Shown here one piece after another: positions 18,293 to 28,568 of a stretch of 64,000 bases of DNA (positions within the stretch are counted from its first letter, which is position 1; every line of letters begins with the position of its first letter). The notes below the pieces were generated by a model. The model was not told the DNA's origin, searched no databases, and saw nothing but the letters and a program-made list of their open reading frames with translations. The stretch lies in NCBI GenBank assembly GCA_029351405.1, contig GCA_029351405.1_4841.1; one strand, written 5' to 3'. This stretch comes from Escherichia coli (GTDB lineage: Bacteria; Pseudomonadota; Gammaproteobacteria; Enterobacterales; Enterobacteriaceae). The position numbers were made by a program, and so were the translations under genes.

Positions 18293-20638
18293 TCAATCCT
18301 TATTGATAACTTCGGTCAGGCCGTTGCGCAGGCCATAGCGAATATTGTGTTGGAAGTATTCCTGGAACTCCTGCTCACGCTGGCTGATGACAAACAGGTT
18401 GTTCCCGCCGAACTTATGCTTCAACATCTCAACCGATTCCTGCACCCCGCGCTCGCTCATGTTCTCAAGGATCTCGTCCAGCACGAACAGGTTACATTGT
18501 ACAGACGCCTTGAGGTTAGCCACATCGCGCAGGGCTAATGTCACAGCCAGGTTCAGACGACTGCGCTGACCAGTAGACAGGGAGAAGATACTCTGTCCTT
18601 TGCGGCCTGCTGCGCTCATGGTGATCTCAAAGGTATCGTCAACAACGATGTCCAAGAACATGTTGAGGGCTTCAAGATACTCGTTGATCTTGCTATTGAG
18701 GAATGGCAGATACAGGGCGATGATACGCGCCTTGGTCTGGTCATCTTTCAAGAAGAACAGCAGGTGCTGTAAGTCCTGGAGTTCCTGGTCGGCATCCTCG
18801 CGGCGCTGGTATAGATCCTCCAGTTCACCCTCCAACGCAGCGATAGAGTTCTCTAGGTCGGTGGTAGGTGTTGGCTGTACAGCCAGTTTACGCTCCAGAT
18901 CGGCAATAGACGCCACGAGAGGAGCACGACGGGCTTTCAGCTCGGCGATCTTATCATCGACGGCTTTAATCCCGCTGACGGCATTCTCTCGCGTTTGTTG
19001 TAGTGACGCAGTGATGTCTTCAAAACGAACGTTCAGTGCCTTGCGGATGTCAAGGATCTTCTGTTGGCATTCACGGTTCAGCGAATTACACTCAATCGTG
19101 GCGGCATCATGAAAACCTTGAATATCACGGCGCAGCTGCTTGATGTTGTCAACGATTTCGTCGGCCTGCTTGCGCATTGCATCCAGTTCAGCATCCAACA
19201 CAGCAATGTCAGCAACCAGCTTGTCGTCCTGGGCTTTGTGGTCATCGATCAGGACATTGATATCGGCGGTAACTTTGTCCAGTTGATCTAACTTCGACTG
19301 CAGTTCCTGGATCTGAGGATTGTACTCGCTTTCAATACGCGCCTTGGTGTCATCAGACACTAGTTGGGTACATGTTGGGCAAGTCCCCATGTCGTGGAAG
19401 CGCTTGATGGCCGACTGATGCCCATCCATTTCGGTCTGGAACTTGATACGGAAGTTTTCACCCTGTTGACGGCGCTGGATAGCAGCGTTCAGGGCGTCCA
19501 GGTTTGTGTTGCGCTCGGTGAGCAGAGTGTTCTTGCGTTCGGCCACTGTAAAGGCGCGGTCACGCAAGACCTGAAGATCATGCTCCGCAGTAGACACTTC
19601 GATGCGCTCATAATCGTCAGCCTTGTCCTGCGCGGCGTCCTTCACCGCCTGGATCTTGGTATCAAAGTCTTTCTTGACAGCCTCGATCTCCACCATGGAT
19701 TCATCATGCAGGCGGCTTTCTACCGTCTTCATTTCCTGGCTGGCTTCGAACTCAACCGCAGCGAGACGGGTGCGCTCTTCATTCTGGGAAGCGATGTCAG
19801 CATCCAGGGCATTCAGGGCTTCCTGTTGCTGTACAAGGATATCGGCCGACTGCTGTTGGATCAGGGCGTTGGATTGCTCGATCTGCTGAAGCTGCGTCTT
19901 CTTGTTGGTGTGGTCAACAACCTTCAGTGCGCATTCGTTAGATATAGAGTCCAGAGTTGCATTTGTCCTTTTGATGGCGGCCTTGACATCTTCGTTCATC
20001 AGGCTGAAGAAGCCCAAGTCCCAGATAGTCTCCACCATCGCGCGGCGGTCGGCTGTGTACATCTCCGTGAACGGAATGAACTTCTCTTTACCCAGCACCA
20101 GAGAGTTCTCAAACATCTTCTGGTCCACGCCGATGAGATTCACGATGTACTTGTTCATGTCGGCTTTGGCTGCTTCGTTATCGATCTGCAACCACTTGCC
20201 GTCCACCATCTGGTAGACTTCAACAAAGTCAGGTTTAATGCCACGGCGAACCTTCCATTCGCTACCACGGCAGGCAAACTCCACCTCACCCACACATTCC
20301 TTGCGGCTTTGTGAGTTAACCAGGCCTGCCTTCTTCTCCTTCTTGCTGTATGTGTCGTTGTACAGTACGAAAAACAGCAGCCATACCAACATCGTGGATT
20401 TACCCGCGCCGTTGTCATCAGACGTGACAAGGGTGGCCGGGTTGCGCTGATAATCAATCTCCATGAACTGATTGCCGATGGAGCGGAAGTTCTTGGCGCG
20501 GCCTTTGCGGAAGGTCAGTTTGTGTGTAACAACGTTACGCACTTCAAATGGGACTTCAACCTCGACCGGGGCGTCGGCTTCCTTCAAAAGATTACCAAAT
20601 TTGGTCAAGATATCTGTGCTCTGAGTCATGTTATGCAT
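18293..20638 (-). CDS. gp46: recombination endonuclease subunit, T4 gp46-like (Rad50/SbcC family)
   Basis: 781 aa; Walker A NGAGKST; long coiled-coil with CPTC zinc hook; C-terminal signature/Walker B region. Confidence 0.9.
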   Translation of the reverse strand: MHNMTQSTDILTKFGNLLKEADAPVEVEVPFEVRNVVTHKLTFRKGRAKNFRSIGNQFMEIDYQRNPATLVTSDDNGAGKSTMLVWLLFFVLYNDTYSKKEKKAGLVNSQSRKECVGEVEFACRGSEWKVRRGIKPDFVEVYQMVDGKWLQIDNEAAKADMNKYIVNLIGVDQKMFENSLVLGKEKFIPFTEMYTADRRAMVETIWDLGFFSLMNEDVKAAIKRTNATLDSISNECALKVVDHTNKKTQLQQIEQSNALIQQQSADILVQQQEALNALDADIASQNEERTRLAAVEFEASQEMKTVESRLHDESMVEIEAVKKDFDTKIQAVKDAAQDKADDYERIEVSTAEHDLQVLRDRAFTVAERKNTLLTERNTNLDALNAAIQRRQQGENFRIKFQTEMDGHQSAIKRFHDMGTCPTCTQLVSDDTKARIESEYNPQIQELQSKLDQLDKVTADINVLIDDHKAQDDKLVADIAVLDAELDAMRKQADEIVDNIKQLRRDIQGFHDAATIECNSLNRECQQKILDIRKALNVRFEDITASLQQTRENAVSGIKAVDDKIAELKARRAPLVASIADLERKLAVQPTPTTDLENSIAALEGELEDLYQRREDADQELQDLQHLLFFLKDDQTKARIIALYLPFLNSKINEYLEALNMFLDIVVDDTFEITMSAAGRKGQSIFSLSTGQRSRLNLAVTLALRDVANLKASVQCNLFVLDEILENMSERGVQESVEMLKHKFGGNNLFVISQREQEFQEYFQHNIRYGLRNGLTEVINKD

Positions 20639-21746
20639 CCAGTTTGTTCAGGCGTTGTTGGGCAGCATTATAGAAGTGCTCTGCCAGTTTACAGACGTTG
20701 TCGGGGCGCTGAATGTTGTTCCCGGCGCGGATATCCTTCTTCAGGACTTCCACCGCATCGGTCGCCACCATCTCTTCGGTGACCTCAACCTTCTCGGCAG
20801 CAACAGTAATCGTCCGGTCGATGAAGTTGTAGTCAATACACTTGCATCGCTTCATGGCATCACAGAACTTTTCATAATGCTTAGCATTGTCACGGTTCTG
20901 TACAATAACCTTAACGATTTGCCCTTCAATACCCAAGCCTGTGTTCAACCATTCCGGGTCGATCCAATTACCTTCTTCATCAGAGGACAACTTGGTGTAA
21001 TCATATTCCACATAGCGGAACAGCGTCTGGTGCTCGGCGTTCGGGATAAAGATCTCACCACCACGCATGTCGTCTACATAGAAGCCACGATTGGTCCCGT
21101 CTTTGTAGTCTTCCCAGTTCAGGTGATACGGAGTCCCAATATATTGAATGTTACCTTCCATCGAACGGGTATGGAAATGCCCCGTGTCGACCCTGGTAAA
21201 CTTGGAAAGCAGCGCAACGTCGATCTGACCGTGATCACAAGTAGAAGACTGGTACATTTTGAACCCCGCCAGCTCCAGATGCGCAAAACAGTACTCGGCG
21301 TCTGTATCCTGTATCGCTTTAATAGACGCATCATAGTTCTCCTTGTTGATCCAAGGCAGCAGCAGAGTCTTGACACCCTCGATCATCACTTCGGTCGGTT
21401 CGCTGTAATAGCAGTACACATCCGGGTCGAGTTCGTTCAGGTAGGATGGCCAGTTGATGCGGTTGGACTCTTCCAGGGTGATGTCATGGTTGCCCACGAT
21501 GCCATTCCACTTGATACCAGCCGCTTTCAACGCAGGGGTGAGTTCATCCTTCAGCCAGTCTTTGTCGCGCCCGTACATGAATTTGCGGACATCAAACGTA
21601 TCACCGAACTGCCAGACCTCTTTGATATCAGAGTCGGCAAGTTCAGGAATGAAATAATTGATGAGATAGTTCTTGATGAAGTCGCGAACGTATCGAGAAC
21701 CATTACGGCTCCCGATATGCAGATCGCCAATTTTAGCAATCGCCAT
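20631..21746 (-). CDS. gp47: recombination endonuclease subunit, T4 gp47-like (Mre11/SbcD family)
   Basis: 371 aa; phosphoesterase motifs GDLHIG, GNHD, GHFH. Confidence 0.9.
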   Translation of the reverse strand: MAIAKIGDLHIGSRNGSRYVRDFIKNYLINYFIPELADSDIKEVWQFGDTFDVRKFMYGRDKDWLKDELTPALKAAGIKWNGIVGNHDITLEESNRINWPSYLNELDPDVYCYYSEPTEVMIEGVKTLLLPWINKENYDASIKAIQDTDAEYCFAHLELAGFKMYQSSTCDHGQIDVALLSKFTRVDTGHFHTRSMEGNIQYIGTPYHLNWEDYKDGTNRGFYVDDMRGGEIFIPNAEHQTLFRYVEYDYTKLSSDEEGNWIDPEWLNTGLGIEGQIVKVIVQNRDNAKHYEKFCDAMKRCKCIDYNFIDRTITVAAEKVEVTEEMVATDAVEVLKKDIRAGNNIQRPDNVCKLAEHFYNAAQQRLNKLDA

Positions 21747-22524
21747 TGTTCTTTTTCTCCCGTTCTTCTAATCTTTGTTTGAGGGCTTCCCAATCTGGTT
21801 CCATCGCACAGATATCATCTTCCAGATTGAATTGGGTTTTGCCAAAGTCCTGATCTGAATTGTCTTCGGCCTGCGCTGTTACCGTATTCTTAGCCTGCGC
21901 CATGTATTGAAGTATGCCTTTCGCAATCTTTTTATTCGATTCTGCGAGACGAGCCGCCTCCACCTTCTCTCGTTCCTTTTGCCTTTGAGCGTCCTTTTTG
22001 TTCTCAAAGTTGCCGATACGTTCACGGAAGTCCATGCCAATTCCTGTAGCATCAACAAAGACCTCTTGTTGGAAGTCGGGATCGTCTGCCAGGCCTGCGA
22101 ACCCACCCGCCTCTTCAAATGAGCGCAATTTAATGTACGTGTGCTCTTCTTCGATGTTCAGTTTACGAGCAAATGATCGATCAGCACACATGGTCACCCA
22201 AGAGAAGAAGTTGATCTTCCCTTTCTTTCCAATGTGTTCGACGTCAAATGTGTGGAGGTAGCGCAAGATGTTGACTATTGCTTCAGAGACCATGTCTTCA
22301 CGGAAGGGATAGTCGCGATAGTTGTAGCGGGTGCTCATCTTGGTGATGATGCGCTGGACCTGTAGAGCAACATAGTTGGGGATCTTTGGAAGCCTGGTGC
22401 CTTCAGCTAGAGCCTTCTTACGAGCAGGGATCCAATCACGCAGGATGCTGATGACACGCTCGTTATCTTCGTCTGTGAAATATTTGACGACATTCTCCCC
22501 TCTGTCCACGAAGTTCATTCCCAT
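21733..22524 (-). CDS. gp55: late-transcription sigma factor, T4 gp55-like
   Basis: 263 aa; aligns with T4 gp55 (DW...HTFD region); T4 synteny 55-47-46. Confidence 0.8.
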   Translation of the reverse strand: MGMNFVDRGENVVKYFTDEDNERVISILRDWIPARKKALAEGTRLPKIPNYVALQVQRIITKMSTRYNYRDYPFREDMVSEAIVNILRYLHTFDVEHIGKKGKINFFSWVTMCADRSFARKLNIEEEHTYIKLRSFEEAGGFAGLADDPDFQQEVFVDATGIGMDFRERIGNFENKKDAQRQKEREKVEAARLAESNKKIAKGILQYMAQAKNTVTAQAEDNSDQDFGKTQFNLEDDICAMEPDWEALKQRLEEREKKNNGDC

Positions 22525-22535
22525 TATGATAGCCC

Positions 22536-23063
22536 TCAGATACCGATAAATTCATCAAAAGATCCAACAACCTTCTTCACCGAGATATTGTCATTCTCAA
22601 TCAGGAAGTTGCTGTCGTTTTTGGCTGCTGTGGCCCAGTCATCGGCAAGTTCGTTGCCTTCGTGCCCCGCATGACCCTTAACCCATTTTAGTTCAACATC
22701 ACAAATTGAACAAACGAGATCATAGATTCTGAACAGATCTTTGATGAGTTCAACGTTCTTTTCTGGAAACCCCTGATACTCCCACTTCGCTCGCCATTCG
22801 GTGACGCTCTTGATGGCATATTGGCTGTCAGACCAAATTGTTGCCTTTGGTATTCTGCGCTCACCCTTTCCTGAGAATGCCCACAGTAGCTTCAATGCGT
22901 TGGTCACACCCAACAACTCGGCGATATTGTTAGTGGACGGGGGAGGTAGATGACCGAAGAACACCTTCCATTGCATACCCGTTATTGGCCTGATGACAAA
23001 TGCCCATCCTGCGGCCTGGTTGGTCTTCGGGTTAGAACCCCCGTCAGAATAAATTTCTATCAT
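22536..23063 (-). CDS. rnhA: ribonuclease HI (host rnhA type)
   Basis: MIEIYSDGG N-terminus and WVKGHAGHEGNELAD signature; ATG at 23063. Confidence 0.85.
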   Translation of the reverse strand: MIEIYSDGGSNPKTNQAAGWAFVIRPITGMQWKVFFGHLPPPSTNNIAELLGVTNALKLLWAFSGKGERRIPKATIWSDSQYAIKSVTEWRAKWEYQGFPEKNVELIKDLFRIYDLVCSICDVELKWVKGHAGHEGNELADDWATAAKNDSNFLIENDNISVKKVVGSFDEFIGI

Positions 23064-23065
23064 GA

Positions 23066-23073
23066 TATAAATA
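23066..23073 (+). promoter_or_regulatory. T4-type late promoter TATAAATA on the plus strand
   Basis: Exact octamer 35 nt upstream of the plus-strand ATG at 23109; overlaps the rnhA start on the other strand. Confidence 0.45.
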
Positions 23074-23108
23074 TCCCAAACTGGTTTTATAGAAAGAGGA
23101 ATGAAACT

Positions 23109-23876
23109 ATGGCACCCCGCGCATATCGTTTCAGTCTCACCGCCCCGCAGATTGAGCAATTGCTCCTCTCTATCTATGATGCTATCAAGTCAGAAGATAT
23201 CATCTATGATTATGCTGCAGGTGGGACTGCTGGACAAGTCGCAGCAGCGTCTGCTGTCAAGAACATGTGGTTGAAGCTCAACGAGATGGTGACAGGCCAA
23301 GGTCTCAAAGATGCCATCAACGATGCAGAAGACAGCAACGTGTTCACCGACTATTATAAGTCTTTACTGGATCGCGAAGGCTGGAAATTTATTGGATCTC
23401 CAGCAGATGAACTTCAGCGAGGCGACATCGATACCTCGAACTTCAAAGGTGGTGAGGTCATTCTACTTCAGAAGAACGCTTCGGGCAACCCAGAATTCCA
23501 ATACTGGAAGCGAACCCCTGTTGCTGGGGGTGATCCTACCTTTGCATGGGCTTCGGTCTATGAAGGGAACTCCAATGATTCCAGCATAGAGATTCCCGTG
23601 GTTGGCACCAGCGTACTCAAGGACATCCCCAAGGCACTCTTCCATATGATCGAGTTCAGAGTGCATGTCTACGATGAGACACTGGGTCATTGGCAAGACA
23701 CCGATGGGAAGGTAGGGTATCGTGGCGAGGATCTGATCTACAGTGTCTATAACCATATTCAGACCAAACCTCTCGCCACCATTGACTTCAGCCAAGATAC
23801 GGACAATATGACGGTTTCTGTGACGTCGTTGGAACCGAATGTCAAATGTCATCTGTCCTTCGTTGCGGGTTACTAA
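23109..23876 (+). CDS. hypothetical late protein (plus strand)
   Basis: 255 aa; SD AGGAA; convergent 4-nt overlap with the helicase gene. Confidence 0.6.
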   Translation: MAPRAYRFSLTAPQIEQLLLSIYDAIKSEDIIYDYAAGGTAGQVAAASAVKNMWLKLNEMVTGQGLKDAINDAEDSNVFTDYYKSLLDREGWKFIGSPADELQRGDIDTSNFKGGEVILLQKNASGNPEFQYWKRTPVAGGDPTFAWASVYEGNSNDSSIEIPVVGTSVLKDIPKALFHMIEFRVHVYDETLGHWQDTDGKVGYRGEDLIYSVYNHIQTKPLATIDFSQDTDNMTVSVTSLEPNVKCHLSFVAGY

Positions 23877-25591
23877 ACCTCAAACACGGCATCAGTGAAC
23901 CAAGCGGGGAAGAACTCTGGGTTGCGCATCATCAGTGATTCAAAAGAAGAATCAAGGATGTACGTCGCAGCCCAGTCATTCACGCCCCTGACCGAACGCC
24001 CACACATCTGAACGATACGCAGTACCGCCATCCTGAAGTACGCCGATGGGTCCACACTGTTGACGTGGGCCACCAGAGGATCACCAAGGTAATCGTATGG
24101 CACCTTGATCAAGATCTGAAATCGACTATAATCGCCTTTGAAGTCATACCCCTCTTCCATGGCCGGACTGGCGATGACACAAGGCGTCTTCGTCCTGAAC
24201 GCGTGTTCCATGATGTCCATCAGAGCCTTACGGGTACGAGGAACGTGAATCATATTCCGGTACTTACTGAACTTTTGTAGAGCCAGGGCGCGGTCATAAC
24301 TCACGGTGTGGATGATACCAGACTGCCCAGGGTGGAATGCGATGATTTCATCCACGTATTCGGCCAGCTTCTTCATCTCATAGTCACCCATGTTCGCCGT
24401 CATCTTCATGATGGGCATGTAGTTGACTTTCCGGTTCTCAATCGGGATAGGATTGCCGATCTGTATCTTGTGGTACTCACCCTCACGGATACCCAGTGAC
24501 CGGGCGTACGAGTCAATCCCACAAATGGTCGCCGACATGTGAACGTGGTAGTCACCCTTGCGGAACAGACCGAACTGGGATACATCAGAGGCGATGACAG
24601 GCTTGAACTGAATCATACCCTTGTCCTTCTCCTGTACGATGAAAGTGCTGGCGTTGGTCTGCCCCATGATACCACAGTAGTCGCTGAGGTTGTGAAGAGT
24701 ATCAATAATATCAGACAGCTTCATCACCTGGGCTTCAGTCAGGCGCTCGTCTTCTACCAGTTCCTCAAGAGTTTCCAGCAGGGATTCAACCTTGCCGTGT
24801 AGTTCATCAAATATCGCATGCATCTCACCAGACAGGGAATACAGCTTGCCCAATTCATAGTTCTCTGTGCGCCTGATGATATCCTTGATGGTCTCCACGA
24901 TAGGCACTCCCTCGGGGATCGTAAGCAGCCCTTCCACAGCCTTTGTGCTGTATTCCATGATAGTATGCTCTAGGAGCGTAGAGGGCATTTTATGACACTC
25001 GTCAAGGATCAGCATATCGGCGCGGTTTTCCGGCTTCATACAGATCGTCGTGCACATCTCCACCATCATGGCGGCGTTGGTGCAGCGCAAGGAGGAGACG
25101 TCGGTCCACTGTCGACGCGCCTGAACATATGGGCAACGATTCTTACTACAGTGGCCATCACGGCATGCCATACGACACTGAATGGCGTTGTAGTATAGGT
25201 CGGGACTGATGTGGCAACGATAGTTCTTCTTGCCCTTCAGGATGTCTATCGCCACGGCTTTCTCTGCTGCATACTGATCCTGTAAACCTTTGGTCGGCGT
25301 CGTGATAGACGTGCGAAACTGACCATACGGGTTGTGCTCAAGAACCAAATGGCGAAGCACGTTATGGATGGTAGTGCCGATGAGGGATTTACCCACACCA
25401 GTCGGAGCCTCGATGATCACGTGTTTGAATTTCTTATTCACAAGGGCATCAATGGCTTCAACGATGCACTCCATCTGGCCGGGGTTGGCGGTGTCATACG
25501 GGAAGAACTCAGTGGCAAGAGACTTGATGCGGTCTATGCTGACTGGTCCGACGCCGTCAAGCGCCTTGGTATATTGGTTGAATGCTGTCAC
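23873..25591 (-). CDS. ATP-dependent helicase, XPD/DinG family with Fe-S cluster cysteines
   Basis: Walker A PTGVGKS, DECH box, four-Cys cluster; GTG start with SD AGGAGGAAG. Confidence 0.8.
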   Translation of the reverse strand: MTAFNQYTKALDGVGPVSIDRIKSLATEFFPYDTANPGQMECIVEAIDALVNKKFKHVIIEAPTGVGKSLIGTTIHNVLRHLVLEHNPYGQFRTSITTPTKGLQDQYAAEKAVAIDILKGKKNYRCHISPDLYYNAIQCRMACRDGHCSKNRCPYVQARRQWTDVSSLRCTNAAMMVEMCTTICMKPENRADMLILDECHKMPSTLLEHTIMEYSTKAVEGLLTIPEGVPIVETIKDIIRRTENYELGKLYSLSGEMHAIFDELHGKVESLLETLEELVEDERLTEAQVMKLSDIIDTLHNLSDYCGIMGQTNASTFIVQEKDKGMIQFKPVIASDVSQFGLFRKGDYHVHMSATICGIDSYARSLGIREGEYHKIQIGNPIPIENRKVNYMPIMKMTANMGDYEMKKLAEYVDEIIAFHPGQSGIIHTVSYDRALALQKFSKYRNMIHVPRTRKALMDIMEHAFRTKTPCVIASPAMEEGYDFKGDYSRFQILIKVPYDYLGDPLVAHVNSVDPSAYFRMAVLRIVQMCGRSVRGVNDWAATYILDSSFESLMMRNPEFFPAWFTDAVFEV

Positions 25592-25641
25592 TTTCTTCCT
25601 CCTATGGGATTCGCCTATAGTTTACCCGATCCCCAAGAACG

Positions 25642-25670
25642 AAAAAGCCGGAGTACAATGCTCCGGCTTT
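25642..25670 (-). terminator. rho-independent terminator after the HU gene
   Basis: gccggag / ctccggc stem followed by UUUUUCGUU on the minus strand. Confidence 0.5.
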
Positions 25671-25719
25671 CTCTTTTGCCATGCCCTGATTACAGAGCCT
25701 GGCCGCGCGTCAGATAGAA

Positions 25720-25998
25720 TTACTTGCCGTTGGCAGCGTTCTTCAGACCTTCGCCCACTTTGAATTTCACAACGTTTTTCGCCGCGATCTGAATGGTCTG
25801 GCCGTTCAGAGGGTTGCGACCTTCACGCGCTTCTTGGTGTTTCACTTCGAACGCACCGAAGCCGACCAGCTGTACAGATGCGCCTGCAGCAACTGCAGTC
25901 TTAACACCGTCGATAAAGGATGCCACTACTTTCTCCGCTTCGCCTTTGGTGATATTCTGGGTCGAAGCAATGTGGGCAACAAATTCAGTACGATTCAT
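25720..25998 (-). CDS. hup: HU/IHF-family DNA-binding protein
   Basis: 92 aa; GFGAFEV...REGRNPLNGQ signature arm; SD GGAGAAA. Confidence 0.9.
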   Translation of the reverse strand: MNRTEFVAHIASTQNITKGEAEKVVASFIDGVKTAVAAGASVQLVGFGAFEVKHQEAREGRNPLNGQTIQIAAKNVVKFKVGEGLKNAANGK

Positions 25999-26091
25999 CT
26001 AGATTTCTCCGTTGGGTTAATGTTTACTTTCATGTTCACTACAAGAGGACTACAGCTTACCTAACAAAACATATTGAATAAAGCGAAATTA

Positions 26092-26340
26092 TTAGCCTTT
26101 CACCACGTCTTCAGTCGTTATCGTGCCATAACATCCACAGCGTTCACAAATCACTCTGACGCAAGGCTTAAAAGTCTGAATATTAGACACAGGAACGTTC
26201 ACCGCCTTTGAAGAAACCTGCATTTCGCGGACTTTAACCCGTTGTTCGGCCAGGCGCTCATCGTCCAAGAAGGTGATCGTCTTGTGAGGACAACGCATTG
26301 ACGATTCACCAACCCAGATTATTGCCATGTTGGGACTCAT
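26092..26340 (-). CDS. small zinc-ribbon protein
   Basis: 82 aa; Cys pairs near both ends; ATGA overlap with the upstream gene. Confidence 0.55.
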   Translation of the reverse strand: MSPNMAIIWVGESSMRCPHKTITFLDDERLAEQRVKVREMQVSSKAVNVPVSNIQTFKPCVRVICERCGCYGTITTEDVVKG

Positions 26341-26615
26341 GATTTGACCTCCGATTTGGAGATTAACGATTCCATCTCCTGACGACCAATGACAGTCTCA
26401 ACTTTGTCTTCTTCAACCATCATTTCATTCAGAAGATCGTACCCCAGGACTTGTACACCAAAAGACTTTTTGTTCAGTTCTGCCTCAATATTGAGAACTC
26501 GCTGAACCGTCAGGCCACCGGAAGAGGACGGTACTGGATAGAAGGCGGAACGCACTTGAACACACCCATTTACGCTGTAACGAACCAGCAAGACATCACA
26601 CCATACACCAGCCAT
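26337..26615 (-). CDS. hypothetical protein
   Basis: 92 aa; SD GGAGGTG. Confidence 0.55.
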   Translation of the reverse strand: MAGVWCDVLLVRYSVNGCVQVRSAFYPVPSSSGGLTVQRVLNIEAELNKKSFGVQVLGYDLLNEMMVEEDKVETVIGRQEMESLISKSEVKS

Positions 26616-26616
26616 G

Positions 26617-27279
26617 TTACACCTCCACCGCGTGAGACTTCAGGAGTTCATCAATCTCTTTCTGTCCCATGTATGAGAACGGGGTGCGCTGGTAGAACGC
26701 CCAGAGTACTAACTGGACAACAGCACGGGAACGGGTTTCGGCCGTCATCACCAGGCCACTGAAATGAGGAGACTCAGCTGTCCATTGTATCTCTTCGCCC
26801 AGGTCTTGATTACAGGTCACCGAGATGCGGAACTTGTTGCACAGATTGTCGACTTCTTTGTACGCATCGGTAGACACACGAAGTTGTTCCGCATGTGCCC
26901 ACGGAGTTGTGACGATTCTTTCACCCATCACTTTATCAGAGATAAACCAATCAATACATTCGGTAAACTCACTAAAATGGTCGATACGATAAATGCAGTC
27001 TCCCCCTTCCATAGAACGCATGGCATGATAGCGAGCGTCGATTTCGTTGTTGTGCATCGCGTTGAAGTCGATGAACACGCGACGCGCCAGCACAACATCT
27101 TCTGGTTGAAGTGCCAGGAAATCGTTCAGGCGGCTATAATGGAGGACATTGGAACCGTCGTGGCCACGTGTGCAATATGCGTAATGGCTACCGATACGGG
27201 CGTGGGCAATATAAGACAACGGGGCGAAGAATAATCCGTCAGGATCAGGACCGACGATAATAGAATAAAGTTTTTCCAT
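26617..27279 (-). CDS. hypothetical early protein
   Basis: 220 aa; leader GACTATATC-ATG variant. Confidence 0.6.
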   Translation of the reverse strand: MEKLYSIIVGPDPDGLFFAPLSYIAHARIGSHYAYCTRGHDGSNVLHYSRLNDFLALQPEDVVLARRVFIDFNAMHNNEIDARYHAMRSMEGGDCIYRIDHFSEFTECIDWFISDKVMGERIVTTPWAHAEQLRVSTDAYKEVDNLCNKFRISVTCNQDLGEEIQWTAESPHFSGLVMTAETRSRAVVQLVLWAFYQRTPFSYMGQKEIDELLKSHAVEV

Positions 27280-27335
27280 GATATAGTCACTCAAATGAAA
27301 GGGCAGCTTTATGATAAGCCGCCCGAGGTTATTGA

Positions 27336-28202
27336 TTATTGGAAATCGCCAACATACATGTTCAGCTTGTCGTCCCAATTCAGAACGACACGGATCGTTC
27401 CGGTATCTTCTGGGAAGGTCAGTTTGTCACACATGGCGCGATTAACATAAGTCCCGCTCTGGTTGACGTTGTAGTCCTTGCCTTGCATGATACCAAAACG
27501 CTTGAAGTCGCGAGTGACCATCATGTTCAACGTGGTCCACGGAATGATGTCACGCAAGGCTTTGCACAGGACGATCTTGCCATCCGACCTGAACGACACA
27601 AACAGCTCGTTGGCGATACGACGGCGAGTAGGCGGTTCAAGTTCACGCAGGGAAATGAATTGTGAATTCTTTACCTTTTCTGCCAGCGCCTGTACTTCTG
27701 CTGGATCCGGCTTGAACGGCTCCACTGAAGAGTCAGACTTCATCACAACATCACCCTTGCGCTTCTCAACCAATTGCTTCACAGCCTTTTGACTCACGGG
27801 CGGGAGGTATTTGGACTTAGGAACAACCGCTGGCTTGATGACAGGGCTTGCATCTGGTTTCGCCTTTGGGGTACTCCGAGCCGCACGCAGCTTTTCCTGG
27901 GCTTGTAGAATGCGCTCTTGACGAGAAAGCGGAGCCTTTGGGGTGATCTTCGTACTGAAGTCAGAAACTCCGACCCAGTCACCCTGGTCGTTGCGCTTGG
28001 CGACCAGAGTCAGTTTGTGGATGATACCCTGAAGTTTGCTCTCACGTAAGTTGTCGGCATACCAGAACTTCGCGCCCATCTCGAACTTCTCGGCGAAGAT
28101 CACGCGAGCGTCTTCGTGTACCAACATAACTTTGGCTGCGTTGGGGGCAAAAGCCTTATTCTTTTCGATAATCGCCGCAGCGATTGTTTTGGTCAGGAGC
28201 AT
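27336..28202 (-). CDS. hypothetical protein
   Basis: 288 aa; ATG at 28202 with SD GAAGGAA. Confidence 0.6.
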   Translation of the reverse strand: MLLTKTIAAAIIEKNKAFAPNAAKVMLVHEDARVIFAEKFEMGAKFWYADNLRESKLQGIIHKLTLVAKRNDQGDWVGVSDFSTKITPKAPLSRQERILQAQEKLRAARSTPKAKPDASPVIKPAVVPKSKYLPPVSQKAVKQLVEKRKGDVVMKSDSSVEPFKPDPAEVQALAEKVKNSQFISLRELEPPTRRRIANELFVSFRSDGKIVLCKALRDIIPWTTLNMMVTRDFKRFGIMQGKDYNVNQSGTYVNRAMCDKLTFPEDTGTIRVVLNWDDKLNMYVGDFQ

Positions 28203-28241
28203 CACAGTGTATTCCTTCAGTTCACAATGTAGGGCTAAATT

Positions 28242-28568
28242 TTAACCCGAAACTTTATTTTGAAATCCGACAAAGTCCTGGGCAATTCCCCGGCAATACA
28301 TCAGGTCTTTCTTCGTTTGTGCACTGTTGTCAGCCGCAGTCAGCATCATGGGAAGGTCCAGCGCATTCTCTATCTGATCAACACTGAACAGATCAAGGCG
28401 CTTCAGCTCTCCCTCGAAGTCAGACAGTAGGATAGATGTGTCTTTGTCATCTGGGTGGAACTGCTGATACGTCTCCATCCATGCCACACATGTGTTCAGT
28501 TTGGACGGTGGCGCAGCGTTTACACACCCGGCTATCAGTACCAACAAGAGCAGGATTTTACATTTCAT
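28242..28568 (-). CDS. putative lipoprotein
   Basis: MKCKILLLLVLIAGC signal with lipobox LIAGC; SD AAGGAGAA; start overlaps the upstream stop. Confidence 0.6.
   Translation of the reverse strand: MKCKILLLLVLIAGCVNAAPPSKLNTCVAWMETYQQFHPDDKDTSILLSDFEGELKRLDLFSVDQIENALDLPMMLTAADNSAQTKKDLMYCRGIAQDFVGFQNKVSG

Noticed and set aside
20628-21782. Long plus-strand ORFs antisense to core genes (for example 20628-21782, 14382-15359, 12831-13580, 19364-20314, 32685-33596, 35394-36239, 38600-39409, 53134-53790, 54110-54814, 55495-56226).
   Set aside because: Each lies entirely inside a well-supported minus-strand gene with recognisable homology, lacks a convincing RBS and has low-complexity composition typical of antisense shadow frames.
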